A stretch of DNA of 64,000 nt from the NCBI RefSeq assembly GCF_000315625.1, contig NW_005434642.1:221131-285130 (forward strand), written 5' to 3'. The position numbers and the translations under genes are program-made. Of this stretch, positions 24,757-38,162 are shown piece after piece; the stretch's first letter is position 1; each line of letters begins with the position of its first letter. The DNA is from Guillardia theta CCMP2712. Lineage: Eukaryota; Protista; Cryptophyta. A model generated the notes under the pieces. The model was not told where the DNA came from. It saw only the letters and a program-made list of their open reading frames with translations, and made no database searches.

Positions 24757-27700
24757 ATGCAGATCAAGGTTACGCCGCTCGGCGCCGGGCAGGTGAGAGG
24801 GGGAGGAGGAGAGGACGGCCATACAGAATGATGATTCATGCGTGAGCTATATCGCTACAGTGAACATGGTGCAGTCAGAGTGAGAAGGTAGAGAGTGAGA
24901 AGGGAAAGAAGTTGGGAGGGAAGGAGTTTGGGCCGACGTATGAGGCATCGTGGAAATGAGGGTGGGCAAGACTCACTGTTGCTATTCGGAACAAACATAT
25001 CAAAGCATGATAGAAGTCTCTCGTCATGTGCTGCCTATGTATCGTGTTGATGGCGTGTTTCCTTTTCCAGGATGTGGGGAAGAGTTGTATACTCGTGACG
25101 ATAGGAGGAAAGAATATTATGCTGGATTGTGGGATGCATCCAGGTTTGCCAGCAAGCCATGTTCGATATTTCGTTATGAATGAATCTACAGGATACAACG
25201 ACGAACGACGATTTCCTGATTTCCGGTAGCCTTGCTCCTTCATTGACAGGAATCTGATCTGACCCTCGCGTTTGCAGCTACATTTCGAAGGAAGGGAACT
25301 TTACAGGATTGATCGATCTAGTCATCATTTCACATTTCCACCTCGATCATTGTGGATCTCTCCCATATTTCACGGAAGTTCTGGGTTACGATGGGCCCAT
25401 GTACGCAACTCACCCAACCAAGGCCATCATGCCGATTCTGCTGGAGGATTACAGGAAGATCAGCGTGGAGAGGCGGGGTGTAGAGGAGAAGGATATGTTC
25501 AGCTCTCAGCAGATCAAGGACTGTATGATGAAAGTGACTCCCTGCGCACTGGAAGAAACTATCATGATAGAAGAGGACTTTGAGATCAGACCATACTATG
25601 CCGGACACGTGCTAGGGGCTGCCATGTTCTATATCCGGGTCGGGCAGCAATCTATTCTTTACACGGGTGACTATAACATGACGCCCGATCGCCATCTTGG
25701 GTCAGCGCGCTGCGACAAGCTCCGACCGGACCTGCTCATCACCGAGAGCACCTACGCAACTACAATCAGGGAGTCGAAGCGATGGAGAGAGCGGGATATG
25801 TTGAATCAAGTCTCAGAATGTGTCAGGAATGGAGGGAAAGTGTTGATCCCGGTGTTTGCGCTAGGAAGAGCTCAAGAGCTCTGCCTGCTGCTGGACGCGT
25901 TCTGGGAAAGGACGGGCTTGAAGGTTCCCATCTACTTCTCGGCTGGTCTGACAGAGAAGGCGAATCTGTATTACAAGATGTATATCTCATGGACGAATCA
26001 GAAGATCAAGGATACGTTCGTCAAGAGGAACGTCTTCGACTTCCAGCACATTCAACCGTTCGATCGTGCGTTCATCGACCGGCCCGGGCCGATGGTCTTG
26101 TTTGCTACCCCCGGCATGTTGCACGGGGGTCTCTCGATGGAGGTTTTCAAGAAATGGGCTCCTTCTGACAAGAACCTCGTTATCATGCCGGGTTATTGCG
26201 TTGCCGGGACTTTGGGCCACAAGGTGATGAGATTGATTCCGTTGCTGGTTTCCTAACCCTCTGCTTCCTCCCGCAAGGTCCTGAGTAACGGGGGAAAGCC
26301 TCAGGTTCGCTCCGGGAGGGCTGATGGTGATGTGTAAATTAACCTGCTTGATTCGCAGATTATCGACATGCCCAGGGACGAGGGCGGGGGAAAACTGCAC
26401 GTGCGTTGTAAAGTGAGTTTGAGCAATGAATGGGGGGTTTATGCCTGATGTGCTTGAAGATCAAACACCTTAGCTTCTCGGCCCATGCCGATGCCAAGGG
26501 GATCATGACGTTGATCAAGCAGGCAATCTCAGTCGTCAAATGCTCCCGGTTGTTGAAGGGTTCTTGCAGGTCGATCCCGTCAACGTGATGTTGGTTCATG
26601 GCGAAAGGCACAAGATGGAGGCCCTGAAGGAGAGGATTAAGACTGAATTCGGGTTACCCTGCTACGACCCAGCCAACGGGGCGACTACCTATATCACTAC
26701 TTTCCATGGGGTACCTGTCCAGCTATCGACTAGGTCAGCGACGTGCTCGCGTTTTCCAGGGTGGGCAGTAGAAAGTGACCCATAGTTCAGGTTGATGGGC
26801 AAGCGGAGAAGAGAAGAGGAATATTCAGCACTTTACACCAAACGAGCCCTGGCTCCCACGTCAACACAGGCTCTATCTGTATCCTTGTGCATTTGATGAA
26901 TAGCGCTGCAATTTAATTCTCATCTTACAGGGAGTTCTGTATATCAAAGATCCCAAGAACATGATGGTTTGTTTGCTCTCCGTTGTCCTGTTCCAGTCTC
27001 ATGCATTGGGTGCAGGTTTTGGACGAAGTTGAGACAAGCCAGATGATCAATATGCCACAGTGTGACTTGTCGTTCCGGTGAAGTTTTCTTGGAAAGCCGA
27101 CGATGCTGATGTTGAGCACCAGCCACAACATGAAAGTGGACGAGGACATGATCAGTGAGCTGATAGACGACGGAGCCTTCGAGATCCTCGAGCGTTTCGT
27201 GCAGGTCGGCCTCTGACTTCTTCCTTCCAGCATCCGATAGAATGTGCTTGACAGAGCCAGTGGGAGCTTCCGGTGACAAGATCCGTGGACGGGAAGGTGA
27301 ATGCGCTCAATGTACGATCAGTCAAGGTGGGAGGGTGAGAGTTCGAGCTTCCTGTGCTGACTCTTCATGGCAGGTCGAGACGGACGGGGATCATGGCGTG
27401 ACGATTGAATATTCCTACAGGGACCTGGAGCTTGCAAGAAAGTGAGTTGTGCCCAACTTCCCGCTCCTTTCTTTCCTTCCTTTATCCTTCTCCTCCTCCT
27501 CCTCCTCCTCCTCCATTCCCTTCCTGGGCAAGTCCCCCCCCCCACCCCCCACCCGCTCCTGCACTTCCCCTCTCCCCTTCATCTGCCCCCCCCCTTTCCT
27601 CCAGTCAGCCCGCCCCCCCTGCTGCAACTTTGCACGTGATTCTTCGGTGCCAAAGGATCTGGCGATCATTCTGCGAGAGCTTTGGCATGGATGAAACCAT

Positions 27701-27852
27701 CGCGCCAGCCCCCCTCAGCTTGCAGACGGCGGGCAAGCAAGTGGTGAGAGGCGAAATTTGTATGCTCCCTCCTCAGGTTTCCACCGCAGAAGCAGGAGAA
27801 GGTTGATGTCAAGAAAGAAGCTGGAGAGACGACTCTGGTAACATCGCACTGA
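24757..27852 (+). CDS. INTS11: Integrator subunit 11 / CPSF3L (metallo-beta-lactamase + beta-CASP endonuclease); 3' end approximate
   Basis: [12 protein letters not shown]|[102 protein letters not shown]. The GQDVG and MTPDRHL variants fit CPSF3L rather than CPSF73. Confidence 0.92.
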
Positions 27853-28390
27853 TCTTCAAGTCCTACATGCATGACGGCGGCTGTTCCAACCAGATCACCC
27901 CTTCCTCTCCTACTGGCCCCCCTCCTCTCTCTCCCGAGAAACCGCCGAAGCTCGACGACATCGGGTACAGTTGGACGTGACGGAGAAGTGGCCTGACGAT
28001 TGCAGCAGCAGTGCCAAGACAGCAAAACTGAAGGTAGAGAAATGATGGGAAGAGATGAAAATGTGAAATGCAACGCCCTTGCAAATCATGTCTGATCTGC
28101 ACGATCATCGGGCGGATGTACATCATTGCATGTAATGAGATATCATGTACAATAAAGTGAACATCAAGGAGATCATTTCGACTTCGCCTTGCATTTCGAC
28201 GGAGATGCGTTGGAGACAGATCGGACTGGTCCAGTGCAAAGATATCCTGCGAAAATTGTGTTATTTCAATACGTCTGACATTTGCAGGAACCAAAAGCCT
28301 ATAGGAAAATGGAGGCGAAGCGCTGTTAGTAGTAGGACTCCCTCCGTAGAAGCAGAAAGAGAGGAGGGGAGAGGAGAGGAAGAAGAGAGG

Positions 28391-28456
<66 letters not shown>

Positions 28457-28483
28457 AAGAGCAGGAGCAGGAGCAGGAGCAGG
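28391..28483. repeat. (GGAGCA)n hexamer microsatellite
   Basis: Directly visible. Confidence 0.9.
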
Positions 28484-28641
28484 AGGAAGAGGAGGAAGGA
28501 ATTGAGAGGAGCGATGACAGGCAACTTCGAACTATCCAGCAAACTCTCTCGGGGTTTCCTCTTTGCCCTTGTCCTCTCCTCCTCCTGCGCCTTCAGCCTG
28601 CCTTCCTCCTTGTCTCTCGCTTCATCTCATTCTCTCTCGCC

Positions 28642-31063
28642 TTGGAGGGCAAGCACGCACATGTGCTGTTAGTGAACGAGAACCCCTCCCGTCGCCATGG
28701 TCGACCGGCGTGCGCCCAACGGATCCGAGGAGGAGACGCATCCTCTGAGAAAGGCGCCAGCAACGTGAGGATCAAGGTGGACGGCATGAGGTGCGCGTCT
28801 TGCGCCATGAGGCTGGAGAGGAACTTGCGGTCCAACTTCACGGACGAGGTGGAGCTGGCCGTCTCGTTCCCTTTGCAGACTTTGTTCTTGAAACACAGCA
28901 AGGCTCTGCCGATAGAGCGAGTGATGGAGCTGATTGGAGCCAACGGGTTCTCAGCTCACTTGCTAGACACCAACACTGAAGCTTCGTCGAGCCTGAGGGA
29001 GATAGAACAGCAAACGAACCTCAACAAGTCGCTCAACGATCTGCTCCTCATCACCACTATCAACCTTGTCAGTCTCCTCCCCAACTTGTTCCGATCTATC
29101 CCCGCTCAGAGCTTTGACATCATCCTATCATGCGCCGCTCTCGTCACGGTCGGGCGGCAATTCTTCATATCTGCATGGCACTGCTTGAAGCAGAGATACG
29201 CCAACATGGACGTGCTTATCGCCCTGGGATGCGTTTCTACCATGACGTACTCCTCCCTCTGCGCATGGACCAGCATGGGGCACCCGATGTTTCTCACTGT
29301 CGTCATGACGATGCAGTTCGTCCTCCTCGGGAGATTTCTGGAGAAAGTCGCGCAGCAGCACGCAATCAGGCGGATCGCCGACCTCTGCTCCGTCGACTCG
29401 ACTGCAGTGGAGTTGGTAGACAAGGAAGGAAGAGCCCTCCGCGTGGATCCAAAGCTCCTGCAGCCCGGGGACGTCGTGCGAGTCAGCCCGGAGGAGAAGC
29501 TTCTTGTCGACGGGATTCTGCTGGCAGAGGAGACTATCATGGACGAATCGATGCTGACAGGAGAGTTCAGGCCCGTGCGGAGGTCTCGAGGAGACCTTGT
29601 GCTTGCTGGGAGTATCCATCGAGGGGCGAGGACGGAGGAAGTGCGCGTGCTGCGGGCAGGGATCAACACGACACTGTCTCAGTTCCTCAGCATGGTGGAT
29701 CTTGCGGACACAAGGAAGGCGCAAGTGCAGCGGATGACCGATCGCGTCGCCTCCCTCCTGGTCCCTCTGGTCGTGTGCTGCTCCATTCTCGTCGGAGCCT
29801 CCTGGTTCTCTCTGGCCTCCTCTGGAACTCTTCCATCCACTCTGATCTTCGACCAACCTGCTCCTCTCCTCCAGGCCGTCTTCTTCTCGACCAGCGTCCT
29901 CATGGTCTCCTGCCCCTGCGCCCTTGGTCTCGCCGTGCCCATGGCTCTCATCGCCGCCGTCGGCGTTGGCGCTCAGCACGGGATGTTGTTCCGCAGCGCT
30001 CAGGCCGTGGAGGAGGCGTGCAAAGTCTCCCTCCTCTGCATCGACAAGACGGGGACGATCACGGAAGGGAAGCCAAACGTGGAGGGGCTGCTGCTGCTGG
30101 GAGAGGAGGGGGGAGGTAGGGAGGGAGGAAACATCTTGAAGGTGGGAGAGGAGGATGGGTGGGAGCAGGGGATTCCTCAAAGCTGCCGGACGATGTGGCG
30201 CAGCATCGCAGCATGCGAGGTGAACGTCTCGCATCCTCTCTCTACAGCACTCCAGGCGTTCGCTGCCAGGGTTGCGCGCAATGATGAGGTGACGTCACAC
30301 GGGGTACGGAAGAGGAAGAGCATCGTGGGGAAGGGAGTCGTCTGCTGGATGTCAGATGGCACGGTGATGGCGATAGGAGGAAGCAGCTTGCTCGAGCACC
30401 TTCACTGCCCCGCGTCGCCTCCTCCTGCCTGGAGAAACGCCGGACAATCCGTGGTGTGGGTCCTGACAGCCGATGACGCCGTTGAGCAGGGAAGGGAAGA
30501 GGAGGAGCTTCAGAGCTTCCGCTGGAGGCCGCGCATGGCAGTCGCGCTGTCTGACAGGGTGAGGGAGGAGGCGAAGGAAGTCATCAGCAGGCTGAAGGAG
30601 CTGGGGATCGACGTCTTCCTCCTCTCCGGTGACGATCCTCTAGTGGTGGAGCAGGTGGCACAGCAGGTTGGCATCCGGCAGCACCTTGGCGGACTCTCTC
30701 CCCTTCAAAAGTCCCAGCAGGTTTCCCAGCTCCGAGCGCAAGGCGCTCGGGTCGCCATGGCTGGAGATGGTATCAACGACATCCCCGCGTTCGCTCAGGC
30801 GGACCTGTCGGTGGCCGTGGCGGGAGGGAGCAAGGTGAGGAGGAAGGAGGGATAACGGCCATGACGCATGCGGCAGGAGGTCATGCAGTCCTCCGACCTT
30901 GTGCTCGCAGCCAGCAACCTTCGGCTCCTCCTCTCCTCCTTCCGCCTTGCTCGCGCAACGATGAGGCGCATTGTTCTCAACCTTGTCTGGGCTTGCTTGT
31001 ACAATGTGAGTGACAGGAGGAGGGGAAGGAACAGTCTGAGGAAATAGAGGTGGTGGAGCAAGG

Positions 31064-31095
<32 letters not shown>

Positions 31096-31323
31096 GGTCC
31101 AGTGAGGGTCCCCCTGGCTCATACTCTTCACAGGTTGTAGCGCTTCCTGTCGCCGCTGGATTATTCGCGATCTCTGCGTCCATTATCGTTCCTCCCTGGC
31201 TCTGTGCAGGTAAGAGGGAGAGGAGGAGGAGCCTGCTGCTGAAGCTGATCGCTAGGAATGATGAGCGCGTCCTCCGTCCTCGTGGTTTCCTGCTCCTTGT
31301 CGCTGATGCTCTTCCGACCATGA
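28642..31323 (+). CDS. P1B-type heavy-metal ATPase, Cu(I) (P1B-1) signature; true start ambiguous
   Basis: HMA motif GMRCASC; ANMDVLIALG; LTGE; SCPCALGLA; DKTGT; SHPL; MAGDGIND; ACLYN in TM7; MSASS in TM8; stop TGA at 31321-31323. Confidence 0.93.
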
Positions 31324-31427
31324 GCAGAGAGAGTAAATTACATGAATGTACTATAAACAAGATGGAAGAAGGATTGGAGGAAGAGGAAGAGGAGACGCGA
31401 GGGACGAGGAGGAGGAGGAGGAGGATG

Positions 31428-34400
31428 CTAGTCGTCGTCGATCACGATCACATCGTGCGCAGATTCTGCTGCAGCGGTCACCTGATGACTCTGGGGAAGA
31501 GAAGCTGGAAGGAGGGGGGGCGATGAGCTAGAGGAGGAGAGAGGAAGGGGTGAGGAGCGGAAGAAGAAATTTGAAAGGAAATTGACAGAGGAGCTGGGGG
31601 GGAAGAGAATGTGGAAAGGCAAGGGGATAGGAGGCAGAGGATGTCGCAAGGAGGGTCGTGGCGGTGGGAGGCAGGAGGCACCTTGATTCTTCTGGCTCGT
31701 TTGAGAGAATTCTGAGCGAGTGGACATGTCGAAGGAGCTTATGCCATCGGGTACCTGCCAGGTGGCGATCAGAAACGTTGAGGGGAGGGGGAGGGGAACG
31801 AACTTGCTGCAGAATCTTTTGAAACTCCTCGTCCTCCACCACTTCCTCGATTTCTACCTGGCAGATGCTGTAGGAAATCCAAGTGAGACTCTAGAGGAAA
31901 GGACGTGAGGGAGAGGAGGGCGAGAGGGCGAGAGGCAGAGGAGGGGGGAAAGGAGGAAGGGAAGGAGGGGAGGGGAGAGAGGGGAGGGAAGATTGGAGCA
32001 AGACGACTAACGGGCATTTCTTTTCTCCCTGTCTTTCATCGACTTGGTCCAAGACTCTTTGTCAAAGCACTGCGCTCAACGAAATCAGAGGAGCAGGAGG
32101 AAGGCAGGAATGGAGAAAGCGAAGCAACGTGAGAATGGGCACTGGTGGGGAGAGGCAGCCAGCCAAGGAGGAAAGGACGGAGGGAGGGACGGAGGGAGGG
32201 ACGGAGGGACGGAGGGAGGGAGGGAGGGACGGAGAGAGGGAGGGAGGGAGGGACCGAGGGAGGGATGGAGGGAGGGATGGAGGGAGGGACCGAGGGAGGG
32301 ATGGAGGGAGGACAAGGGTTGTCTCACGTTCAAATGACGGCAGTCTTTCCCTTTGACAGGGACCTTTATCCGCGCTTGTGAGATCGGGCAGAGAAGGGAG
32401 ACCTTCAAGAAGTTGACGGGGGGGCACAGTGGCGGAGGGGGGGTGGGAGAGCAGAGGAGAGGAGAGGAGAGGAGAGCAGAGCAGAGCAGAGCAGAGGAGC
32501 GACGAGAGCAGAGCAGAGGAGAGGAGCGACGAGAGGAGAGGAGAGGAGAGGAGAGGAGAGGAGGAGAGGAGCATAGTGCATGTGTTTTCAGTTACCTCCA
32601 CATGGCTAATCACAGCTCCTCCACACTCTGCAAGAAGTTCTTCGATCGGGTCTGCCAGCTGCTGATCCTCCTCGCCCTCTCCCTTTGTGTTCAACCCTTC
32701 CTGCTCCGGTTCCTGCAGGGCGGAAGAAGGATAAGAGAAGTGGAAGGATGAAGACTGGGAGGACTGTAAGAAGAAGGAAGAGGACGACAAAGACAAAGAC
32801 AAGGGCAAGGACAAAGAGGAGAAAAAGAAGGCGTTGGGTGGGAAGGGAAGAAACGAGGCGAACTGCGAGAACCTCTTTCACGTTCATTGTGGATATTTCG
32901 CTTCGTCCTACTCCACCTTCGTGCCGGAAGTAAAGACTCCAGCAGAGCTGTCGCATCCGATTCTGAGCAGCAACTTCAGGTTGCAAGGAGGAGAAGGATG
33001 CAAGGGATTACCAGCAGGCGAGCAGAGTCCCAGCACGAGGAAAGCGGTGAGAACTTCTCCTGAGCCGCTTGCTGGGCTGACTTGAGAGCAGACGCCCACC
33101 TGGAAGTTTGACATTGCTCCTGTCAATCTCAGACAGCCTGGACACTGCACAGTGTCAAACCTTGCTGTCACCTTGCTCCAGATAGCCTCCGACATCCTCT
33201 GGGTTGCGCTGATCGCGTTCTGCAGCTGCGGTACATGTCAACCTCAAGGTTCTCTCCCCACCATCCCGCACAATTCACCTGAGAGGGGAACTGACTCGTG
33301 TGGTACTGGGCAATCGTGCTGGCCAGCCTGCTCCTCGATTTCTTGCCGCAAACTTCAGCACACTCTCAGCTGACCCTCCAGCCCAGCACAAACCTCGATC
33401 TCCTCCTGCAGGGCCCCAGCTGAGAGCTCGTACACCTCCTCCCACCGGACCATCCTTGTAACATCTCTGGTGGGGTTCAGGTCGAGCCGCTCTTGAAGCA
33501 ACGCATTCATGATGAGCTGGCAATCTGAGGTGATAAAAAAGAGTCAGGCTCGGTCGCAAGCTATCGCTGATCCCTTTCCTGTCTTCCTCTTGCTCGCGCG
33601 CAATGAGCCGTCACCTTCGTCCTTCTCCAGCCCTCCGTGCTGCCCTCCGCTGCCATCTCATCGTCATCCTATGGAATTGTTGGGAGCATACAAGTACCTC
33701 GCGTCCACCTCCCTCCCCGTCCTGGTTTCATCCCTCGACGAGCCCTCGACTCTCCTCTCCTCCTCGATCATGTTCTGACTTGAAGCAGCTTGGCTACTGG
33801 AGGGGTCCGCCTCTGTTCTGTCCGCCTCCTCCGTTATCCTTTTCTTCTCTGTTCTCTGTCTTGCTCTTTCTCCACCAGCATCTCCCGGATTCACTGCCGT
33901 CATCTCAGAACTGGAGGGAGATGCTTGCCCGTGCGTTGATCCTCCCTGCGACGATTCTCCTCCTTCCTTTCCTGCCCCTCCTCCACGCTCCTCTGCCCCA
34001 GCTCCTCCTGCCTTCGCTCGATCTACCGCCCTTGTATCCATCTGCTGCGCCCCTCCTTCTACCTTTATCGACCTTCCTTCCAGCTTTGCAGCCCCTTGTG
34101 CTGCTGCTCCTGCGTTACCTGCCATCGACGCTTCCGTTTGCGTCTTCCCATGTATTCCCCCTGCCGCCGTCGCCCCTCCCTGCTGCTGCCCTCCCTGCGC
34201 TGCTCCTGCTGCTTTCACTGCCCCCGTCCCCCCTTGTGCCTCTGCCGCTGCTACCCCTGCCGCTGCCATCCCCTTCCTCTGCTGCGGTTGGACCCCTTGT
34301 GCTGCTGCTGCTGTCTTTGCTACCGCCGCCGCCGCCGCTGTTCCTCCTCCTCCTCCTCCTCCCTGTTGCTGTCCCCCACCGTCCGATCCTCCTACTGCCT

Positions 34401-34933
34401 TTCCCCCTGGTGTCGCCATCTGAGACCCTCCCTGTGATCCTGCGCCTGCTGGTCTCGTCACTTCCGGATCCTGACCGGCTGCCTCCGGCCTTCCTGCTGC
34501 CTCCACAGCCTTCGCAGCCGCCCCTCCCAGCTGCTTCCCTTCTCTCTGCTCCACTTCTGCTAGGCCTGAAGTTATCTGTCCCTGTGTTTCTGTCTCTGCT
34601 GCCACTGATTTGCCCTGCCCCCTCTCCTGCCCCTGCCTTTCAGCCTTTATATGTGCCGGCACTGCCAACGACTCTGCCTGATGCCGCCCTCCTTGCTGTT
34701 CCGCTTCTTCAGCCCTCCATGCCTCGGCTCCCGCTCCTGTCTTTGCTGCCACTGCCGCAGGAGCAGGGGTCAAAACCCGTGCTCCGTTCTCCTGCTGCTG
34801 CTGGTGCTGCTGGTAGTGCTGCTGCTGGTGCTGCTGGTAGTGCTGCTGCTGGGAGTACTGATGGTAATACTGCTGCTGGTAGTTTTGGTGATAGTAGTAC
34901 TGCTGCTGGAACTGCTGCGGGTGATGGTAGTGG

Positions 34934-34967
<34 letters not shown>

Positions 34968-36446
34968 ACTGCTGCTGCTGGTACTGGTACTGCTGCTGGT
35001 ACTGCTGCTGCTGCAGCAGCTGCACTGTTCCCTCTGCCACAGGTTTTATCATCGTCGCCATTCCCCCCTCCTGCACTCCTCCCTGCGCTCCTTCTCCCAT
35101 CGTTGCCCTTGCAGCTGCTGTCATTGTCGTTCCTTGCGCTTGCCCTTCTCTCTTAGGCTCTCCTTCTCCCGTAGCCTCAGCCACCACCGGCACCACTCGC
35201 TCGTTGACAGACTTCTGTGCTCCTGCTCCTGCTCCTGCTCCTAATGCCCCTGCTGCCCCTGCTGCTGCTCCTGCTGCTGCACTAGGAGCCGTTGCCACTC
35301 CTCCAGGCTGCTGGCCCCTCCCTCTATTCCTGCACCTGGTTTCGTCACCATCGTCTTCCCTATCTGCTGCCCTCCTGCTCCTTCATCGGTCCGTTGCTTT
35401 GCCGCCGCCCCTGCAGGCTGCCTCCCGCCTCCCATAGGCTCTGGCACCATTTTCGCTGCTGCCTGCTGCCCTTCTCTCTGTGCCACGTCCTCTTTCAAAC
35501 TCATGCGTCCTAGCTCAGCTGTCTTCTCCTTCTGCTCCTCTCGTGTTGCTTGGCCGGCGATCGCTGCATGAAACCTGCCAGGGACCCTCGCACCATCCTC
35601 TCCTGTATCCGACCTCCTGAGCAAATCAGCCCCTTGTCCCGACAAGGCACCGTTGGATTTTCCTTCCTCCATTCTCATGGCATCTGGCATGTCACGATCG
35701 TTCACTTCATTCCGTCGCCAACCGCCAACTTCGTTGCTAGAAGGCCGCTGTCGCACCATCTCCAGGGTATCTACACCGCCATTTAAGTCGTTCTCGTCAG
35801 ATTCACACTCTATATCCTGCGACCAACTACGATCACCAGTCTCTCCTTGTGCCCTAGTATATCGCCCATCTTGTGCTGCATGATTCTGGCTGGTATGATT
35901 CTGCTGCGGCCGCACGTCCTGCATGAACCGTTCATCCCCGCGTTGATATGCCCGCTCTGAAACCTGGTTGCCCACTCCGAGACCGGGTCCACTATTACCT
36001 CCCAGATTCGTAGGTCCTTGATAGTTCCTCTGTACACTGTAATGCTCCGAGCGCGTTGACGATTCCGCATTTTGCCCCTGCTGTGTTGTGGGCTCAACAT
36101 ACTGTCCATTGCTGGCTGCGGTATGTGAGGGCCTTGAGGAGACGGCAGCTGCACGAGGATCTTGAGGCCGATAACTCTGCTGATATTCGCGCGATTGAGG
36201 GGCGGGAGTCTGGCTGCTGTTTGTCGACTTCTCAAGCGAGCTCGACGAGGAAGATTGCTGTGGCTGGTCCAAGAAATCCTCGTATCGCGATCTCTTCCTC
36301 GACCTGTCTCTATCTGGCAGGAAGGGAAGGGCTCTCTTTCCAAAGCTCCTCTCCTCTTCGGAAAATTGATCCATCATATTTAAGTACCATACTTTCGCAT
36401 TGAACGCCGGTCGCTCCTCCTCCCTCCTCCCCCCCCGCATCGCCAT
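31428..36446 (-). CDS. Large low-complexity protein with C-terminal SP-RING (MIZ) zinc finger and SIM-like tail; putative SIZ/PIAS-type SUMO E3 ligase (two apparent frameshifts)
   Basis: KVSLLCPISQARIKVPVKGKDCRHL|..CFD..KCP|ICQ..VEDEEFQKIL is the SP-RING pattern. The C-terminus DVIVIDDD* resembles a SUMO-interacting motif. Upstream Gln/Ala/Gly-rich exons are linked by inference. Confidence 0.7.
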
Positions 36447-36863
36447 TCGCAAATGGAGTTCTCTCACCTGGAACCGTGAAATCCATTTCAAAAGGCGGGT
36501 GGGTAGTGTACCCTGTGTACGGCCTGAATTTCAAGTGGGAATGTACGGGTAGTCAAAGATTTCAACTTGTGTGATTGGGGGTAGGGTGGGCAGATTTTTG
36601 CCAGGAACTTGTTTGGAACGAGTTGGGAGGGAGGAGACGGAGGGGAAGGAGGAGAGATGTGGGGGAAGAAAGGGAAGTTCTTTCAGCTCTTTACATAGAT
36701 TTGTACTGATTGGCACGTTGGTGGAGAAGAAAAGTCAGCTAACCATCCATTTATACCCCAAGGAAATAATGAAATGTATTCCACGCTTTCGTAGCAGCGA
36801 GAAAATTAAGAGAATGCTATGATATCGGCCATGGTAAATAGTCGAAAGATCTGAAACCGTCTT

Positions 36864-38162
36864 CTACTCGTCAAATAATTCGATTCCCATAATGTCCGCT
36901 ACTGAAACCGGACTCTTTGCACCCGAACTCCGGAGTGCAGCACAAGTTTTCTCTCTTGTCGTTTTGAGAACTATAGGAAACTGCATGTACCTGGGTGAAA
37001 TCGTAAAGTGTAAATTTCCAACAATATGTAGAGTTTAACGCTTACGTTGCATTCGTGCGTACCCACTCGCTATCCAAGAACAGGAATACCTGGGAAAACA
37101 GGCTGATTAATCGCGCAGCACATTCTTAATCGCGAAGTACGTCCAAAACAATGGGAAAGCAGATTTGACTACTCACAACGCAGAAAAGCTCCATGAATGC
37201 CTTTTCGTTCTTCTCAAGCATCTTCACAAAACTGAAGTAATGCTTGTCAGCTATGAAGCTATAGCGCAGTTTAGCTTCACTTAGCCCGCATGCTAGCAGC
37301 TTCTTGGAGAGATGCACTATTCCCAGTGGTCGATTTCAGCTTCATAATGTCCGTGAGCATGTACACCACATTGATTGCGGCACATGCAAAGGGATAGCTT
37401 TCTTCTGCACTCTTTCCGTTGGATCGTTTTAAGAGCTCCATATACTTGTCAGGATATGCCTGTCACACCAAGCATGAGTCAATGAGAAGGCAACACTTCA
37501 GTAACGGCGAACCTCAGCAAAAAATGTGAGACAGAGCACAGGCAGCATGCCAGCAGCTCGAAAGTCAGTAGCCGGGTCGTTTCCCTGAAACCCCATGCGC
37601 TTCCACATTCTATCACACATCAAAGGAATTCAGCTCGAATGTAAAAGAAAAGTTGAGGGGGTTACGGGTCATGCTGCTCGGGTTTTTCGGTGGCGTTCGG
37701 GAAGGAAAGCTCCCAAAGTTTTGTGAGCAGATGAAAGTGAGACTCGTGAGTGTAGGAGATTCCCACGTTCTTCTCAACAAACTCTGCCAATAGCTGTTCC
37801 TGTTCCGGAGTAAGCTCGGGTGGTTTCAAGAAGTTGAAGCTGGAAATGCTGCCGACGGGGATATATGTACTCCAGCTTCTGGCCATGGTAGGGACCTCGT
37901 ACAACCAATTCTGAAAGATTGACCAGTAGCGATATACATCCTCGACTCGGATATCCTTAATCTGGTTTGTGATCCTGCTCAAGCTCCGCACACCTTCAGA
38001 AATTGTACTTGTGCAAATACTCTCCTCCTCCTTGTCATGCTCTGCATGCGAACCTCTGGAGGGTGCATGTCTCAGCAGAGAGGATGACTCGTGATCATCG
38101 TCATCCACCTCTGGCCTTTCATGATGATGTGCTCCTCGTCGTCTCAGCCCGTCGTCCTCCAT
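36864..38162 (-). CDS. ELMO/CED-12 domain protein (ELMOD, Arf-GAP family)
   Basis: HFHLLTKLWELSFP; WKRMGFQGNDPATDFRAAGML; SYPFACAAINV; AFMELFC; FLDSEWVRTNAT|YMQFPIVL. Confidence 0.9.

Noticed and set aside
27778-27980. In-frame TGA near the INTS11 3' end as selenocysteine or readthrough
   Set aside because: The splice phase of the last exon is unresolved, other frames close normally and no SECIS was recognised.
12509-31323. ZIP, TOR and Cu-ATPase as a metal/nutrient-sensing gene cluster
   Set aside because: Unrelated housekeeping genes are interleaved; adjacency in a compact eukaryotic genome is not evidence of a functional cluster.
33603-35156. 517-aa Leu/Pro-rich + strand ORF
   Set aside because: Antisense to the Gln/Ala-rich exon of the SP-RING gene; low complexity.
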